From Octopus sinensis (lineage: Eukaryota): DNA of 64,000 nt. The notes under the pieces were generated by a model, which worked only from the letters and a program-made list of their open reading frames with translations, had not been told where the DNA came from and searched no databases. Position 1 is the stretch's first letter, and every line of letters starts with the position of its first letter. The translations under genes and the position numbers were made by a program. The DNA is taken from contig NC_043008.1 in the NCBI RefSeq assembly GCF_006345805.1, forward strand, positions 54,436,001 through 54,500,000, written 5' to 3'. Below are positions 1-12,042 of the stretch, piece by piece.

Positions 1-501
1 CCTCGGCGGAATTTGAACTCAGAACGTAACAGCAGACGAAATACCTATTTCTCTACTACCCACAAGGGGCTAAACACAGAGAGGACAAACAAGGACAGAC
101 ACATGGATTAAGTCGATTATATCAACCCCAATGCGTAACTGGTGCTTATTTAATCGACCCCAAAAGGATGAAAGGCAAAGTCGACCTCGGTGGAATTTGA
201 ACTCAGAACGTAGCGGCAGACGAAATGCCGCTAAGCATTTCGCCCGGCGTGCTAACGTTTCTGCCAGCTTGCTGCCTTAAAGGAGTTCCGCATTTTGACT
301 TGTTATTACATCCCCTCGTGCATCATTGTTCCTTTCAATGAAGTCCAAAAGAAAAACAGAATTTCCTGATTGGCAAAGTGGCAGTGAGTGACACCAAAAA
401 AAAGATGTCACAGATCATGTGATTTCATGAGAAAGTCAGTTAACTGTTAGTACTGGTTTAATATTGGTTAGTATTACAACTTAATACATCATCATTAAGA
501 G

Positions 502-910
502 TAGGCGCAGGAGTGGCTGTGTGGTAAGTAGCTTGTTTACCAACCACATGGTTCCAGGTTCAGTCCCACTGCGTGGCACCTTGGGCAAGTGTCTTCTACT
601 ATAGCCTCGGGCCGACCAAAGCCTTGTGAGTGAATTTGGTAGACGGAAACTGAAAGAAGCCTGTCGTATATATGTTTAGGTACATGTATGTGTGTGTATA
701 TGTTTGTATGTCTGTGTTTGTCCCTCTTGAAAACTGATGGTGGTGTGTTTGCATCCCTGTAACTTAGCGGTTCGGCAAAAGAGACTGATAGAATAAGTAC
801 TAGGCTTACAAAGAATAAGTCGTGGGGTCGATTTGCTCGACTAAAGGCAGTGCTCCAGCATGGCCGCAGTCAAATGACTGAAACAAATAAAAGAGAGAGT
901 AAAAGAGAGT
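502..910 (+). mobile_element. tRNA-derived SINE family 2. Other copies approx.: 17161-17580, 19545-19990 (-), 37772-38300, 39841-40235, 41157-41533 (-), 41877-42252 (-), 43520-43905, 47790-48125
   Basis: A-box TGGCTGTGTGG, B-box GGTTCAGTCCC, CCTTGGGCAAG core, internal (TA)/(TG)n tract, AAAAGAG-type tail. Confidence 0.9.
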
Positions 911-1432
911 AATCACATCATTGAAACCTTAAAGCTGCAAAATAATGCTTGGTTAAGTTACATCATCATCATCATCATCATCATCATTAAACATCTGTGT
1001 TCCCTGCTGTTTCCATGGATTGGATGATTTGAGAGGAACTGGCCAGGCAGAAGACTGCCCCATGCTTCTGCATCTGTTTTGGCATGGGTTCTTTTTTTTT
1101 TATGGCTGGATGCCCTTCCTAACACGAACCACCCTGCAGAGTGGACTCAGTGCTTTTTACATGGCACCAGTACAGGCAAGATCAGTTTCAACATGGTTTC
1201 TGCAGCTGATTGCCCTTCCAAATGCCAACCACTTTACAGTGTTTTACTGAATGCTTTTTCAAGTGGCACCAGCACTGACAGGGTCACCAAGTAAACTTGC
1301 AAGATAAAGACCCTGTGAATAAATAAGCATTACTTTTGACAGAATAATCTGTCAAAAGGGTCAAATATTCAACCATTGAGCAAAATATTGTCATCCCTTT
1401 GCACTCTGTCCATTTTCCTTCTTCTATTTCAG

Positions 1433-1509
1433 AGAGAATATCGTTGACGAGTTGAGCGAAGTAGAAAAACTGACCTGTCTACCAGCTCTTACTATTTTGT
1501 TGCTGACCG
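1433..1509 (+). CDS. LRRC23: LRRC23-like paralog A, 77-nt internal exon (phase 2 to 1); upstream exons lie before the window
   Basis: ttctatttcag acceptor, gtaagt donor; encodes ENIVDELSEVEKLTCLPALTILLLT, resembling the last LRR of LRRC23 (human GNMVANLGELAKLRDLPKLRALVLL, from memory). Confidence 0.8.
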
Positions 1510-1651
1510 GTAAGTCTCACATCTCACAACTTATTATCATATTGGCAATATTTATGCTCATAGGCGTGGGAGCGGCTGTGTTGTAAGTAGCTTGCTTACG
1601 AACCACATGGTTCTGGGTTCAGTCCCAGACGGAAACTGAAAGAAGCCCGTC

Positions 1652-1694
<43 letters not shown>

Positions 1695-1696
<2 letters not shown>

Positions 1697-1918
1697 GGAG
1701 TAAACACATAAATGTGAAACAAGGTGGAAAAAAGAGTACTCAAATACCAGTGGTAGAGTAATATGCTTTATTTAAAGCAGCAGAAAATTCAACAAAACCT
1801 GTTACTGTGAGTTTCCCGTTGCTGTTCATCGGCTAGCAAAAACTGTCTGATGAACGGCAACAGGAAACTCAGAGTAACAGGTTTTGTTGAATTTTCTGCT
1901 GCTTTAAATAAAGTATAT
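1695..1918. mobile_element. Probable Penelope-like terminal-repeat fragment with inverted 72-bp arms (1761-1832 / 1847-1918)
   Basis: 67/72 arm identity, 14-nt spacer, hammerhead core, abuts a (TA)n microsatellite. Confidence 0.55.
1838..1889 (+). ncRNA. Type I hammerhead ribozyme motif
   Basis: CUGAUGA 1847-1853, GAAA 1864-1867, GUA cleavage triplet 1874-1876, stem I about 12 bp with one mismatch, 3-bp near-palindromic stem III. Confidence 0.65.
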
Positions 1919-3425
1919 ATTTCGTGTCCGTTGCCAGCCTCGCCTGGCCCTTGTGCCGGTGGCACATAAAAAGCACCATCCGTTCGTGGCCGTTTGCCAG
2001 CTCTGACTGGCACCTGTGCGGGTGGCACGTAAAAAGCACCCACTACACTCACGGAGTGGTTGGCGTTAGGAAGGGCATCCAGCCGTAGAAACACTGCCAG
2101 ATTTGACTGGGCCTGATGAAGCCTTCTGGCTTCACAGACCCCAGTAGAACCATCCAACCCATGCTAGCATGGAAAACGGACGCTAAACGACGATGATGAT
2201 GATGATGTATATGTTTGTGTGTCTGTGTTTGTGTGTCTGTATTTGTGTATCTGTGTTTGTCCCCCCTTCATTGCTGAAACAAGTAAAAGAGAGATAATGT
2301 TGTTGACCATGGGATTGCACCTAGAAAGTTCTTTCCAAGGCACAAGTCCAGGCAAGGTATTTTATGGAAGACCAGCAGTCACCCATGCATACCAGCCACC
2401 CCCTCTCCATGCCACTAATGTTATTGAAGGGAAAGGCAAAGGCCAATACAGCTTGGCACCAGTGATGCCATAACTCAATTCTTATTTCTTTATTGCCCAC
2501 AAGGGGCTAAACATAGAGGGGGAGAAACAAGGACAGACAAATGGATTAAGTCGATTACATCAACCCCAGTGCATAACTAGTACTTAATCTATCGACTCCG
2601 AAAGGATGGAAGGCAAAGTCGACCTCGGCAGAATTTGAACTCAGAACGTAATGGCAGACGAAATAATGCTAAGAGCATTTCGCCCGGCATGCTAACGTTT
2701 CTGCCAGATTGCCACAACTCAATTCTACAGCTGAGTAAACTGGAGCAATGTAAAATAAAGTGTCTTGCTCAAGAACACAACACACAGCCCGGTCCAAGAA
2801 TTGAACTCACTACCTCATGATTGTGAGCCCGACGCTCTAACAACTGAGCCATGTGCCTTCAGCACCAAGCCAACCAAAACCCTTTTAAGTTAATTTGGTA
2901 AACAGAAGCAAAAAGAAGCTTGTTGTGTGTGAGGTGGGGTGGGGTGGGGTGGAATTTGTGGGGTTACTGTCTCCTTGCTTTGACATCACATGGTGGTTGT
3001 AAAATGAGCTTCACTGCATGCAAGCAGTGTTTCCAATTTACTGTGAGGACACGTCTAGTCATAGGGAAATATTAACTTTACGGGGAAACAAATGAAGGTT
3101 GGCAGCAGGAAAGGCATCTGGTCGTAGAAAATTCACCTCAACAAAATTCTGCCCGACCCATGTGTGCATAGAAGAGTGGATTTTAAACCGACGATGATGC
3201 TGTCAATATGTGTTTATATCAGTCTATGACATCTGCATGCATTTCTTTGTCTGACGATATCAATGTATGCCTGTACAATAGAGAAACAGAAACTATAAAA
3301 AAAAAATGGCTCTAAATTAAAAGCCTCTCTTCACACTAACACAAAAAGAAAGAGTCTCTACATATCAAACCCCCAAACTCACCTCCTCTTCATGGTGCCA
3401 CAGAAAATAGATCCAAAAAAAAAAA

Positions 3426-3982
3426 AGGCGAGCTGGCAGAAACGTTAGCACGCCAGGCAAAATGTTTAGCGGTAATTCATCTGCCGTTACGTTCTGAGTT
3501 CAAATTCCGCCGAGGTCGATTTTGCCTTTCATCCTTTCGGGGTCGATAAATTAAGTACCAGATGTGCACTGGGGTCGATATAATCGACTTAATCCCTTTG
3601 TTTGTCCCCTCTGTGTTTAGCCCCTTGTGGGTAGTAAAGAAATAGGTATTTCGTCTGTCGCTACGTTCTGAGTTCAAATTCCACCAAGGTCGACTTTGCC
3701 TTTCATCCTTTCGGGGTCGATAAAATAAGTACCAGTTACGCACTGGGATCGATGTAATCGACTTAATCCCTTTGTCTGTCCTTGTTTGTCCCCTCTGTGT
3801 TTAGCCCCTTGTGGGTAGTAAAGAAATAGGTATTTCGTCTGTCGCTACGTTCTGAGTTCAAATTCCGCCAAGGTCGACTTTGCCTTTCATCCTTTCGGGG
3901 TCAATATAATCGACTTAATCCCTTTGTCTGTCCTTGTTTGTCCCATCTATGTTTAGCCCCTTGTGGTCAAAAAGAAATAAGA
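3426..3982 (+). mobile_element. tRNA-derived SINE family 1, head-to-tail trimer. Other copies approx.: 1-278 (-), 2484-2712 (-), 5386-5615, 14850-15150 (-), 18395-18602, 24355-24585 (-), 27546-27779, 28356-28590, 32995-33410, 35275-35490, 37049-37410, 46455-46675, 51125-51785 (-), 53575-53955 (-)
   Basis: A-box-like TGGCAGAAACGTT, B-box GAGTTCAAATTCC, conserved body, target-site duplications around some copies (e.g. cccactgcacacacacaa around 27546-27779). Confidence 0.9.
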
Positions 3983-5797
3983 AAATAGATCCCTGAATTA
4001 AAATCCTTCAAATTCCTCTCCCTTTAACAGTACAACAAAGAAGAGGTCCCAAAATATCAGACCCCACCAAATTCTCCTCCCTTCACAGACCATCAAAAAC
4101 CAGTCATATCCTGTCCAAATATTCTACCTTGTTTTACGTCCAAACTGGCCAGATCTGGCCTCTTGCACCTACCCTACAATGTCATTATAAAAATTAACAA
4201 CCACATCGTTGAAATCTCAAAGCTATGATGTGCATAATTAATTCAGAACAATGTGAATAAATTAGCAATTACATTTGACAGAAGAATCTAAATTGGCACT
4301 AATTAAAGTATATATTTTCTTTTTTGTTTTACTTATTTCAGTCATTTGACTGCAGCCATGCTGGAGCGATGCCTTGAGGGGTTTCAGTTGAACAAATCAG
4401 CCCCAGGACTTATTCTGTCAGTCTCTTTTGCTGAACCACTAAGTTACAGGGACATAAACATGCCAACACTGGTTATCAAGTGGTGATAAGGGGAACAAAC
4501 ACAGACACAAAGTCACACACACATAGAAAGATATATCAATTTTTCCACAAAAGAAAGCAATTTTTCCACATAGATGGCCAGATAACTGAAGAGATGGCAG
4601 CGTGGTTTTCCACCCCAGCATCTGAAACTCGGAGTTTTATCATGGCTACTGAATAATTGTCACATATTACATTTACAGATATATATACACACACACACAA
4701 GCTTCTTTCAGTTTTCATCTACCAAATACACCCACAAGGCTTTGGTCAGCCTGAGACTATAGTAGAAGACACTAACCAAAGGTGCCATGCAGTGGGACTG
4801 AACCCAAATCCGTGTGGTTGGGAAGCAAGCGTCTTACCACATGACCACTCCCGTACCTGTATATTTATGATTTTAATGTTAAAACAGCAGTAAAGAAAAA
4901 AATCTTGAAAAATATTGTGACAGTTATTCAAATTCTTACATTCTCTCGATGTCCTGTAATTCAGACTGCCTTATGGTGCCAAGCAGACCAAATGGAAAAA
5001 GCATTGCCCCAGGGGATGGTGAGGGAAATCCACTGAAGCAGGCACTCTGATTTACAAAGCACACACATGCAGATAGCCAAGCCATCTCCACCCCAAAAGT
5101 GGTGAAGAGGGATATGATATGGAGGCTGAGAACAACCGGAGATCTCCATTCCAAGAGGCTCGACCATAAACCTGTCAAACAAAACCCCCAAATATCTTTC
5201 TCTTCACACTACTACAAACTTAATTATTTGACAAATAACTGTGCATACTGCTATTGTTTCTTGGTTACAGTCTCAGGCTGTGTTGTGTTCTTGAGCAAGT
5301 GACTTTATTTCATGTTGCTCCAGTTCACTCAGCCTTTCATTTGGACAACATCAGTGCTGGGGAGAGCGGGATGGGTATGCATAGGCAGCGAGCTGGCAGA
5401 ATCGTTAGCACGCCAGGTGAAATGCTAAGCAGTATTTCGTCTGCCGCTACGTTCTGAGTTCAAATTCCACCAAGGTCGACTTTGCCTTTCATCCTTTCAG
5501 GGTCGATTAAATAAGTACCAGTTACGCACTGAGGTCGATTTAATCGACTTAATCCATTTGTCTGTCCTTGTTTGTCTCCTCTGTGTTTAGCCCCTTGTGG
5601 GTAGTAAAGGAATAGGTATGCATAGGCAACTACTGGTCTTCCATAAACAACCTTGTCTGGAGGATAACTTCCTAGTTTCAATCCCTTGGTCATTCATGAC
5701 CAAAGGGTGTCTTTATATTTTTTACATGTTTCAGTCATTTGACCTGTGGCCATGCTGGAACACATTTTGTTTTTTTAATTAACATTTTTAAATCCAG

Positions 5798-5940
5798 ATA
5801 ATCCAGTCTCTAAAGAACCAGATTTCCGTGTTGAAGTTCTCAGCTTCTTGCCAACTCTTATCACCTTGAATTACTCTGATATCACTGAGGAAGAGAGAGG
5901 TGAAGCTTACGAGGTTTTAAAAGAGCGCCAAGAGGCTCAG
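5798..5940 (+). CDS. LRRC23: LRRC23-like paralog A, 143-nt LRRcap exon (phase 1 to 0)
   Basis: aatccag acceptor, gtatgt donor; (D)NPVSKEPDFRVEVLSFLPTLITLNYSDITEEERGEAYEVLKERQEAQ is a U2A'-type LRRcap in frame with the previous exon. Confidence 0.85.
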
Positions 5941-6160
5941 GTATGTATTGCAGTATTTGTATGACTTACAAACACCAACGCTTACCTTTCTGACCATCAC
6001 TTAGTAATTGTGGTGTGAGGGAGTTTTCGGTAACTGTTTGACAGAGCAAGATGTCAAATGGTGAGGGGGGAATGTAACAATGTCTCAAAGAGAGACGTGG
6101 AAAGGTACCATGGTATCAAAGAGATGGCATACATGATGCAAGAAAGACAGAGAAACATGG

Positions 6161-6240
<80 letters not shown>

Positions 6241-6872
6241 TACTCTTTTACTTGTTTCAGTCATTTGACTGTGGCCATGCTGGAGCACCACCTTTAGTCG
6301 AGCAAATTGCCCCCAGGACTTTGTAAGCCTAGTACTTATTTTATCGGTGTCTTTTGCCGAACCGCTAAGTCATGGGGACGTAAACACACCAGCATCAGTT
6401 GTCAAGCGATGTTGGGGTGGGGGACGAACACAGATACACAAACATATGCACACATAGAAGAACAACAACAACAACAACAACAACGACAACGAGCATGTCC
6501 ATTAATGGCTGACAATATGTGCATCTCATCTCTGATCACGAGCAGAAGTAGTGGGGGAGCATCACAGCCATGTGTTGAGAGGAATTCTTTGGAGGTTGAA
6601 TAATTCACCTCTAGAAATATAGGTGTTTTGTTCAATATCCTTAAACAAACCTTATTCAGGGACCTTTTGAGCAGGATGAGCTGCTTGAACTGAAGGAAAT
6701 TCTAATGGGGTCCCATTTGTAAAGTCATGCACTGTTTGTCTTGATATGATATTTCCATGTCATGCACATATGGTTGTGATGCATGTACCCTGATCAGACG
6801 AGTAGTCATGATGGGTAGATTATGGTATGCACTGCTCTCTCACTCAATAACAATGTTATTTTCTCTTTCCAG

Positions 6873-6908
6873 AATACACAGAAAGAGGAAATACCATTAC
6901 CACCATAG
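6873..6908 (+). CDS. LRRC23: LRRC23-like paralog A, probable last coding exon (NTQKEEIPLPP*)
   Basis: ttttctctttccag acceptor, phase 0, TAG at 6906-6908, AT-rich UTR with AATAAA at 7109-7114. Confidence 0.65.
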   Translation, partial: NTQKEEIPLPP

Positions 6909-8846
6909 CTCACCAGTCCAGACAACTGTCAACCACTTGAGTGAGGACAGTAAACACAAATCCAGCAACCACTGATCAGACATTCCTATAACATAAGCAA
7001 GTTACAAAGGTGTAATATTGATATCGTATCAATATAATATCTGTGAAATATTGATGTAATATTTCTATGATAAAAAAATGCAACATTATACGATATTCTT
7101 CTGAACACAATAAACAGACTTTCTTCTTGAATTGGTTTTTATACTTTAATACCATTGTACTTCTAAACATGCTGCAGTTTTGTATCGTTTGCTTTTTAGT
7201 ATATGTTATTTTGTGTAACTTTGTAGCTTTTACTGTTTGTACTAACTTGAATGCCAAAGTACTTCCTGTCCTCTCTGAGAGTTCAATATTTTGTTTAGGT
7301 ATAACTACAGCTGTTTTGATGTGGAGTTTTGCTTTGTGACTATGTGGCTTCAGGTGTGACACCTTGGGCAAATTTCTTTTACTATTATAGCACCGAGTGA
7401 GTCAATGACTTGTGAGCAACAGATAGAAACTATGTCAGCCCATCATATATACATGTACACCTTTACATTCACTTCTGACTGAATGTTAAGCAATGATAAA
7501 ATTCCTGCATCAAACCAAAATAAATCTCTTCACCTATTTTACTATCAACCCATAACCTACAAACACATGCTTTCCCCTATTCTCTTTAGTTCCCCATTTC
7601 CTACATGACTATTTCCCACTTACTTACACCATATCTTATCTTCATACTGTCCACCTACCAAAAACACAAAACAAAACTTACCAAAATCAAAAAGAGCCAT
7701 AGTAGATCAGTCTGATTAAAGTGAATGAGCCAAAATTCTGAAGTCACTGTGAATCTTTTCTGTATAAATTTATACACACACACCAACATATATAACAGGT
7801 TTGTGTACAACTTCCATAAATCAATTTCACACAAAAGAAATTGGTCAGCCGTAGATTATAGGAGATACTTGCCCAAGATGCCACACAATGAGATGAAACT
7901 CAAAACGACAGGGTTACCAGAGAGCCACACTTGAGCATATATGTCATGTCTACACATAGGGCGAGATTACATTATCTGCTGTGTTCTTCCTATTTTAAGA
8001 CAATGTGTGATTTGAGTGAGATGTGACAGCCTTTTCTAGCATGCTACTTAACTTCATACAGGCACACTCATTGTCTTTCCCAAAGGTAAATATCAAATAT
8101 AAATAAATGTAGTCCAATCTTTTCCAATGTTAATTTCCTTTGGCCCTTAACACACATATATCCATGTGACATAAAAGAACCACCCCTGGTAACACAAGCA
8201 CACATACACACACACATATATATAATGTATGCATATGCAAATACATGATATGCATATTCATAGCTGGGCTGTGTGGTAAAGCGTTCACTTCCCAACTGTA
8301 TGGTTCTGGGTTCAGTGTTACTGCAAGGCTCTTTAGACAAGTGTTTTCTACTGAGTGGATTTGGTAGACAGAAACTGAAAGAAGCCTGTTGTGTGTGTGT
8401 GTGTGCATATATGAGTGTGTGCACGCATGTATGTTTCTGTGTGTTTTCTTTTCACATTGCATGAAAGTTGTAAACGAGTGTCACTGTCCTACAAGCAGAG
8501 TCATTCATTTCCCCTATTCTCTGAGAACATGTCTGGCCATGAAGAAATATTACCATGCTTAGAAAAAAGTGAGGGTTGGTGTAAGGAAGGGCATCCGGCC
8601 ATAAATGTACCTCAAATAAACTTAGTCCAATCCATGCAAGCATGGAAAAGTGGATGCTAAGTGATTACGATGATTAGGTGCATACAACAGGCACGTAAAA
8701 GCACCCATTACATTCTTTGAGTGGTTAGAATTAGGAACGGCATCCAGCTGTAGAAACCATGCCAGATCAGATTGGAGTCTGGTGCAGACCCTCGGCTTAC
8801 CAACCCTGGTCAAACTGCAACTCATGCCAGCATGGACAACGGACAT

Positions 8847-9343
8847 TAACCCTTTCATTACCAACCCGGCTGAAACCAGCTCTGGCTCTGTTGTACAAAT
8901 GCCTTGTTTTCATAAGATTTGAATTAAAATCTTCCACCAGACCTTAGTCACAATTTATGTTCCTAAATGGTAACTAATTTATTTTACTAAATTCTTTGTT
9001 ATATTCAACCCTTTTGACACCAACCCGGCTGCATCTAGGTAACCAAAATTTTGCCTTGGAGTACAGGCTTTCTCATTGGCTCATTGCCAAAAGGATGATT
9101 TGGTTCAAAGCAGGGAAGTAACGTTTGACCCTTTCGTTACCAACCTGGCTCTGGTTCTGTAGTATAAATGTCTTGTTTTCATAAGTTTTGAATTAAAATC
9201 TCCCACCAAACTTTAGTCACAATTTATGTTCCTAACACTAGCTGAATGATAACTAAGGTTATTTTACTAAATTCTTTGTTATATTTAAAGTAATTGAAAG
9301 AAACACAGAGCTTCTCAAAATAAATACGGTAATGAAAGGGTCA
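8847..9343. mobile_element. Cluster of nested or partial copies of the same piggyBac-type MITE
   Basis: Three left ends (approx. 8847, 9005, 9125) and one right end (approx. 9340). Confidence 0.75.
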
Positions 9344-9431
9344 AACGATGATGAGGATATAAAAAACATTCACACCCACCCTCTTTAATAATGAAAGAGA
9401 CAGACAGTTTCATTAACCATTTAATTAATTT

Positions 9432-9437
9432 TTTATT
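9432..9437 (-). promoter_or_regulatory. Probable NCDN polyadenylation signal AATAAA
   Basis: AATAAA on the minus strand about 200 nt after the stop codon. Confidence 0.5.
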
Positions 9438-9639
9438 TATCAAACGAGAACAAGAAGGTGACAATAATTCTTCAGTCCTCTTGTATTTAGTCATTCAAAG
9501 GAACTTTGGTTTTCTTTTCTTTTCTGCCATAGAAGCAAAGACTTGAACAAATCTTTAAATGACACCACCAAAATCAAAATGTTCATTAACAGGTGATTAT
9601 AGTGACCGTGATGATTTAATAGGGCCGATTCCATTGTCT

Positions 9640-9685
9640 TCAAGTGACAGACAGAACATCACACAATTCAGAATGGTTAAATTTC
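9640..9685 (-). CDS. NCDN: Neurochondrin exon 18, last coding exon ((K)KFNHSELCDVLSVT*)
   Basis: ttttatttgcag acceptor, TGA at 9642-9640; the 18 exons sum to 2145 nt = 714 aa plus stop. Confidence 0.85.
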
Positions 9686-10509
9686 CTGCAAATAAAAATT
9701 GAAGAATGTTTTCAGCATTTCAAAGATTATTTCATAATATCATCACACATGAAAGAATTATATTTCAAAATTTCATATACGTCCAGCCATGTGAAAACAA
9801 GTAGGGGCTGGTGAGAGGAAGGACATCTGCCCATGAAAAAATCTACTTCAATAAACTTCTGACTCATGCAAGGAAGGAAAAGTAGACAGTAAAACAGTGA
9901 TGATGATGAAGTTTGCTTCCCAACCACAAGGTTTCAAGTTCAGTCTCACTGTGTGACACTTTGGACAAGTATCTTCTACTATAGCCCTAGCTATAGAAGG
10001 CAGACCAAAGTTTTGTGAATGGTAGAATGAATCTAAAAGAAGACCAGTGTGTGTGTGTGTCTCTCCTAGGTCTGACATTGTGGGGTTATTGTAAACGAAT
10101 GTCATTCATCTCCATTATTCCGCAAAAACATGTCTGGGGACGGGGAAATATTACCTCATTCAGAAACAGGTAAGCCGTAGAAAATCTGCTTCACTAGACA
10201 TGTCTGACCCATGCAAGCATGGAAAAGCGGACTTGATAATAATAATCCTTTCTACAACAGGCACAAGGCAGGGGGTAGGGACTAGTCGATTACATTGACC
10301 CCAGTGCTCAACTGGTACTTATTTTATTGACCCCAAAAGCATGAAAGGCAAAAGTTGCCCTTGGCAGAATTTGAACTCAGAATTTAAAGACTGACAAAAT
10401 GCCGCTAAGCATTTCACCCAGCATGCTAACGATTCTACCAGCTCACCACCCTTGATAACAATGATGATGATGATGATGATGGTCATTATCACCATCATCT
10501 TCTTCTTCC

Positions 10510-10730
10510 TCTCCTCCTCTTTATGTCTATTTTCCATCCTTACATGTGATGGGCAGTTCTTCTCCACTACAGCATCTTGCAACTTATTGTGGTTCTTTGT
10601 CAACGTTTTTGTAATGGTCAGCCTCCTAATATAAGTTCCCTTAATCATCTTCCTATGTCTTCCTCTTCCACAAAATCTTCCCATTTGGGTCACCTGGCAC
10701 TTTCTTTTTACCCAGTCATCATCATCTTTA
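10510..10730 (-). mobile_element. Degenerate RTE ORF2 C-terminal fragment
   Basis: DDDDWVKRKC...GRFCGRGRHRK...DAVVEK resembles the RTE ends at 17560 and 58490. Confidence 0.5.
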
Positions 10731-11247
10731 TACATTACACATCTGAACCAGCTCAGAACCGCAATAACTTGTATCATCATTTTAATGTCCACTTTTCAGT
10801 GCTTGCATGGGTCAGAGTTCATTGAGGCAGATTTTGTATGGACGGATGCTGCTGCTGTCACCAACCCTCATCTGTTTCCAGCCAAAGTAATATTTCCCCA
10901 GGACCAGACAGGTTTTCACAAAATAACAGAAATGAATGACATACATTTATGACATTTTACCATATCAAGTCAAGGACGGATACACACACCAAATGACAAG
11001 CTTCTTTCAGTTTCCATCTACCAAATCCACTCACAAGACCTTGGTCAGACCAGGGCTATAATAGAAGACACTTGCCCGAGGTGTCACGCAATAGGGACAA
11101 ACCCAGTACCCTATGATCGAGAAGCTAACTTCTTAACCACACAGCCATGTCTGTGCCCATGGTAAAAAAGGGTAATATATGATCAAGTACTGGCTATTCG
11201 TTATCATTTCATAACAACAAGATGAAGAGAACAATTTTAGGGTTTAA

Positions 11248-11466
11248 CCCTTTCATTACCAACCTAGCTGAGACCGGCTCTGGCTCTGTAGTACAAATGT
11301 CTTGTTTTCATAAATTTTGAATTAAAATCTTCCACCAAACCTTAGTCACAATATGTTCCTAACACTAGCTTAATGATAACCAAGTTATTTTACTAAGTTC
11401 TTTGTTACATCTAAAATAATTGAAAGAAACACAGAGCATCTCAAAATAAATACGGTAATGAAAGGG
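11248..11466. mobile_element. piggyBac-type MITE
   Basis: TTAA TSD on both sides; 13-bp TIR CCCTTTCATTACC / GGTAATGAAAGGG. Confidence 0.9.
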
Positions 11467-11475
11467 TTAACTTAC

Positions 11476-11590
11476 TTGGCCACTTCAGCTCCACAGTTAT
11501 CGATTATCACAGTTCTAGCTTCCTTGGTGATGATCAGGGCATAGAGTAAGTCCAGGTAGGCACTGCTATAGTCCACATGAACACTGGTCT
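11476..11590 (-). CDS. NCDN: Neurochondrin exon 17
   Basis: (K)TSVHVDYSSAYLDLLYALIITKEARTVIIDNCGAEVA; 115 nt, phase 1 to 2. Confidence 0.88.
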
Positions 11591-11940
11591 CTAGGGAAAA
11601 GAAAGTAAAACAGAATGGTTTTTGAAGACAACAACAGTATTACTGAAGATGAGAAGGATAGGAAGAAGGTGAAGTCAAGAGGAGGAAGAAAATTATATTG
11701 AAAGAGAAACTAAGGAATAAAAGAGTGATGATGAAAAGTAAATAGCTGCAAACCTATATATATATATAAGCATGTGTTAGGACTGAATGTTTTAATATGT
11801 ATTAAAAAATTTTGAGAAACATTGCTTTTAATAAAATATCCAGATGAAACAAAACACTTTTTGTAGTACTCGTTATTTTCATACACACACGCGCACACAC
11901 ACACACTCTGCATCAAATGAAATGAATGAAGGATACTTAC

Positions 11941-12042
11941 TCTGGACATCAACAAGTAGTTTTAACAATCGAGGGATCCAGCCAGTTTGTAATAACACTG
12001 TAGTGGTCAGCTGTGGGTGACTCTGGATACATTTGGTCAGCA
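11941..12042 (-). CDS. NCDN: Neurochondrin exon 16
   Basis: (V)LTKCIQSHPQLTTTVLLQTGWIPRLLKLLVDVQ; 102 nt. Confidence 0.9.

Noticed and set aside
3477-3743. Recurring MRNWYL...RPRKDERQSRP ORFs
   Set aside because: Antisense translations of SINE1 copies
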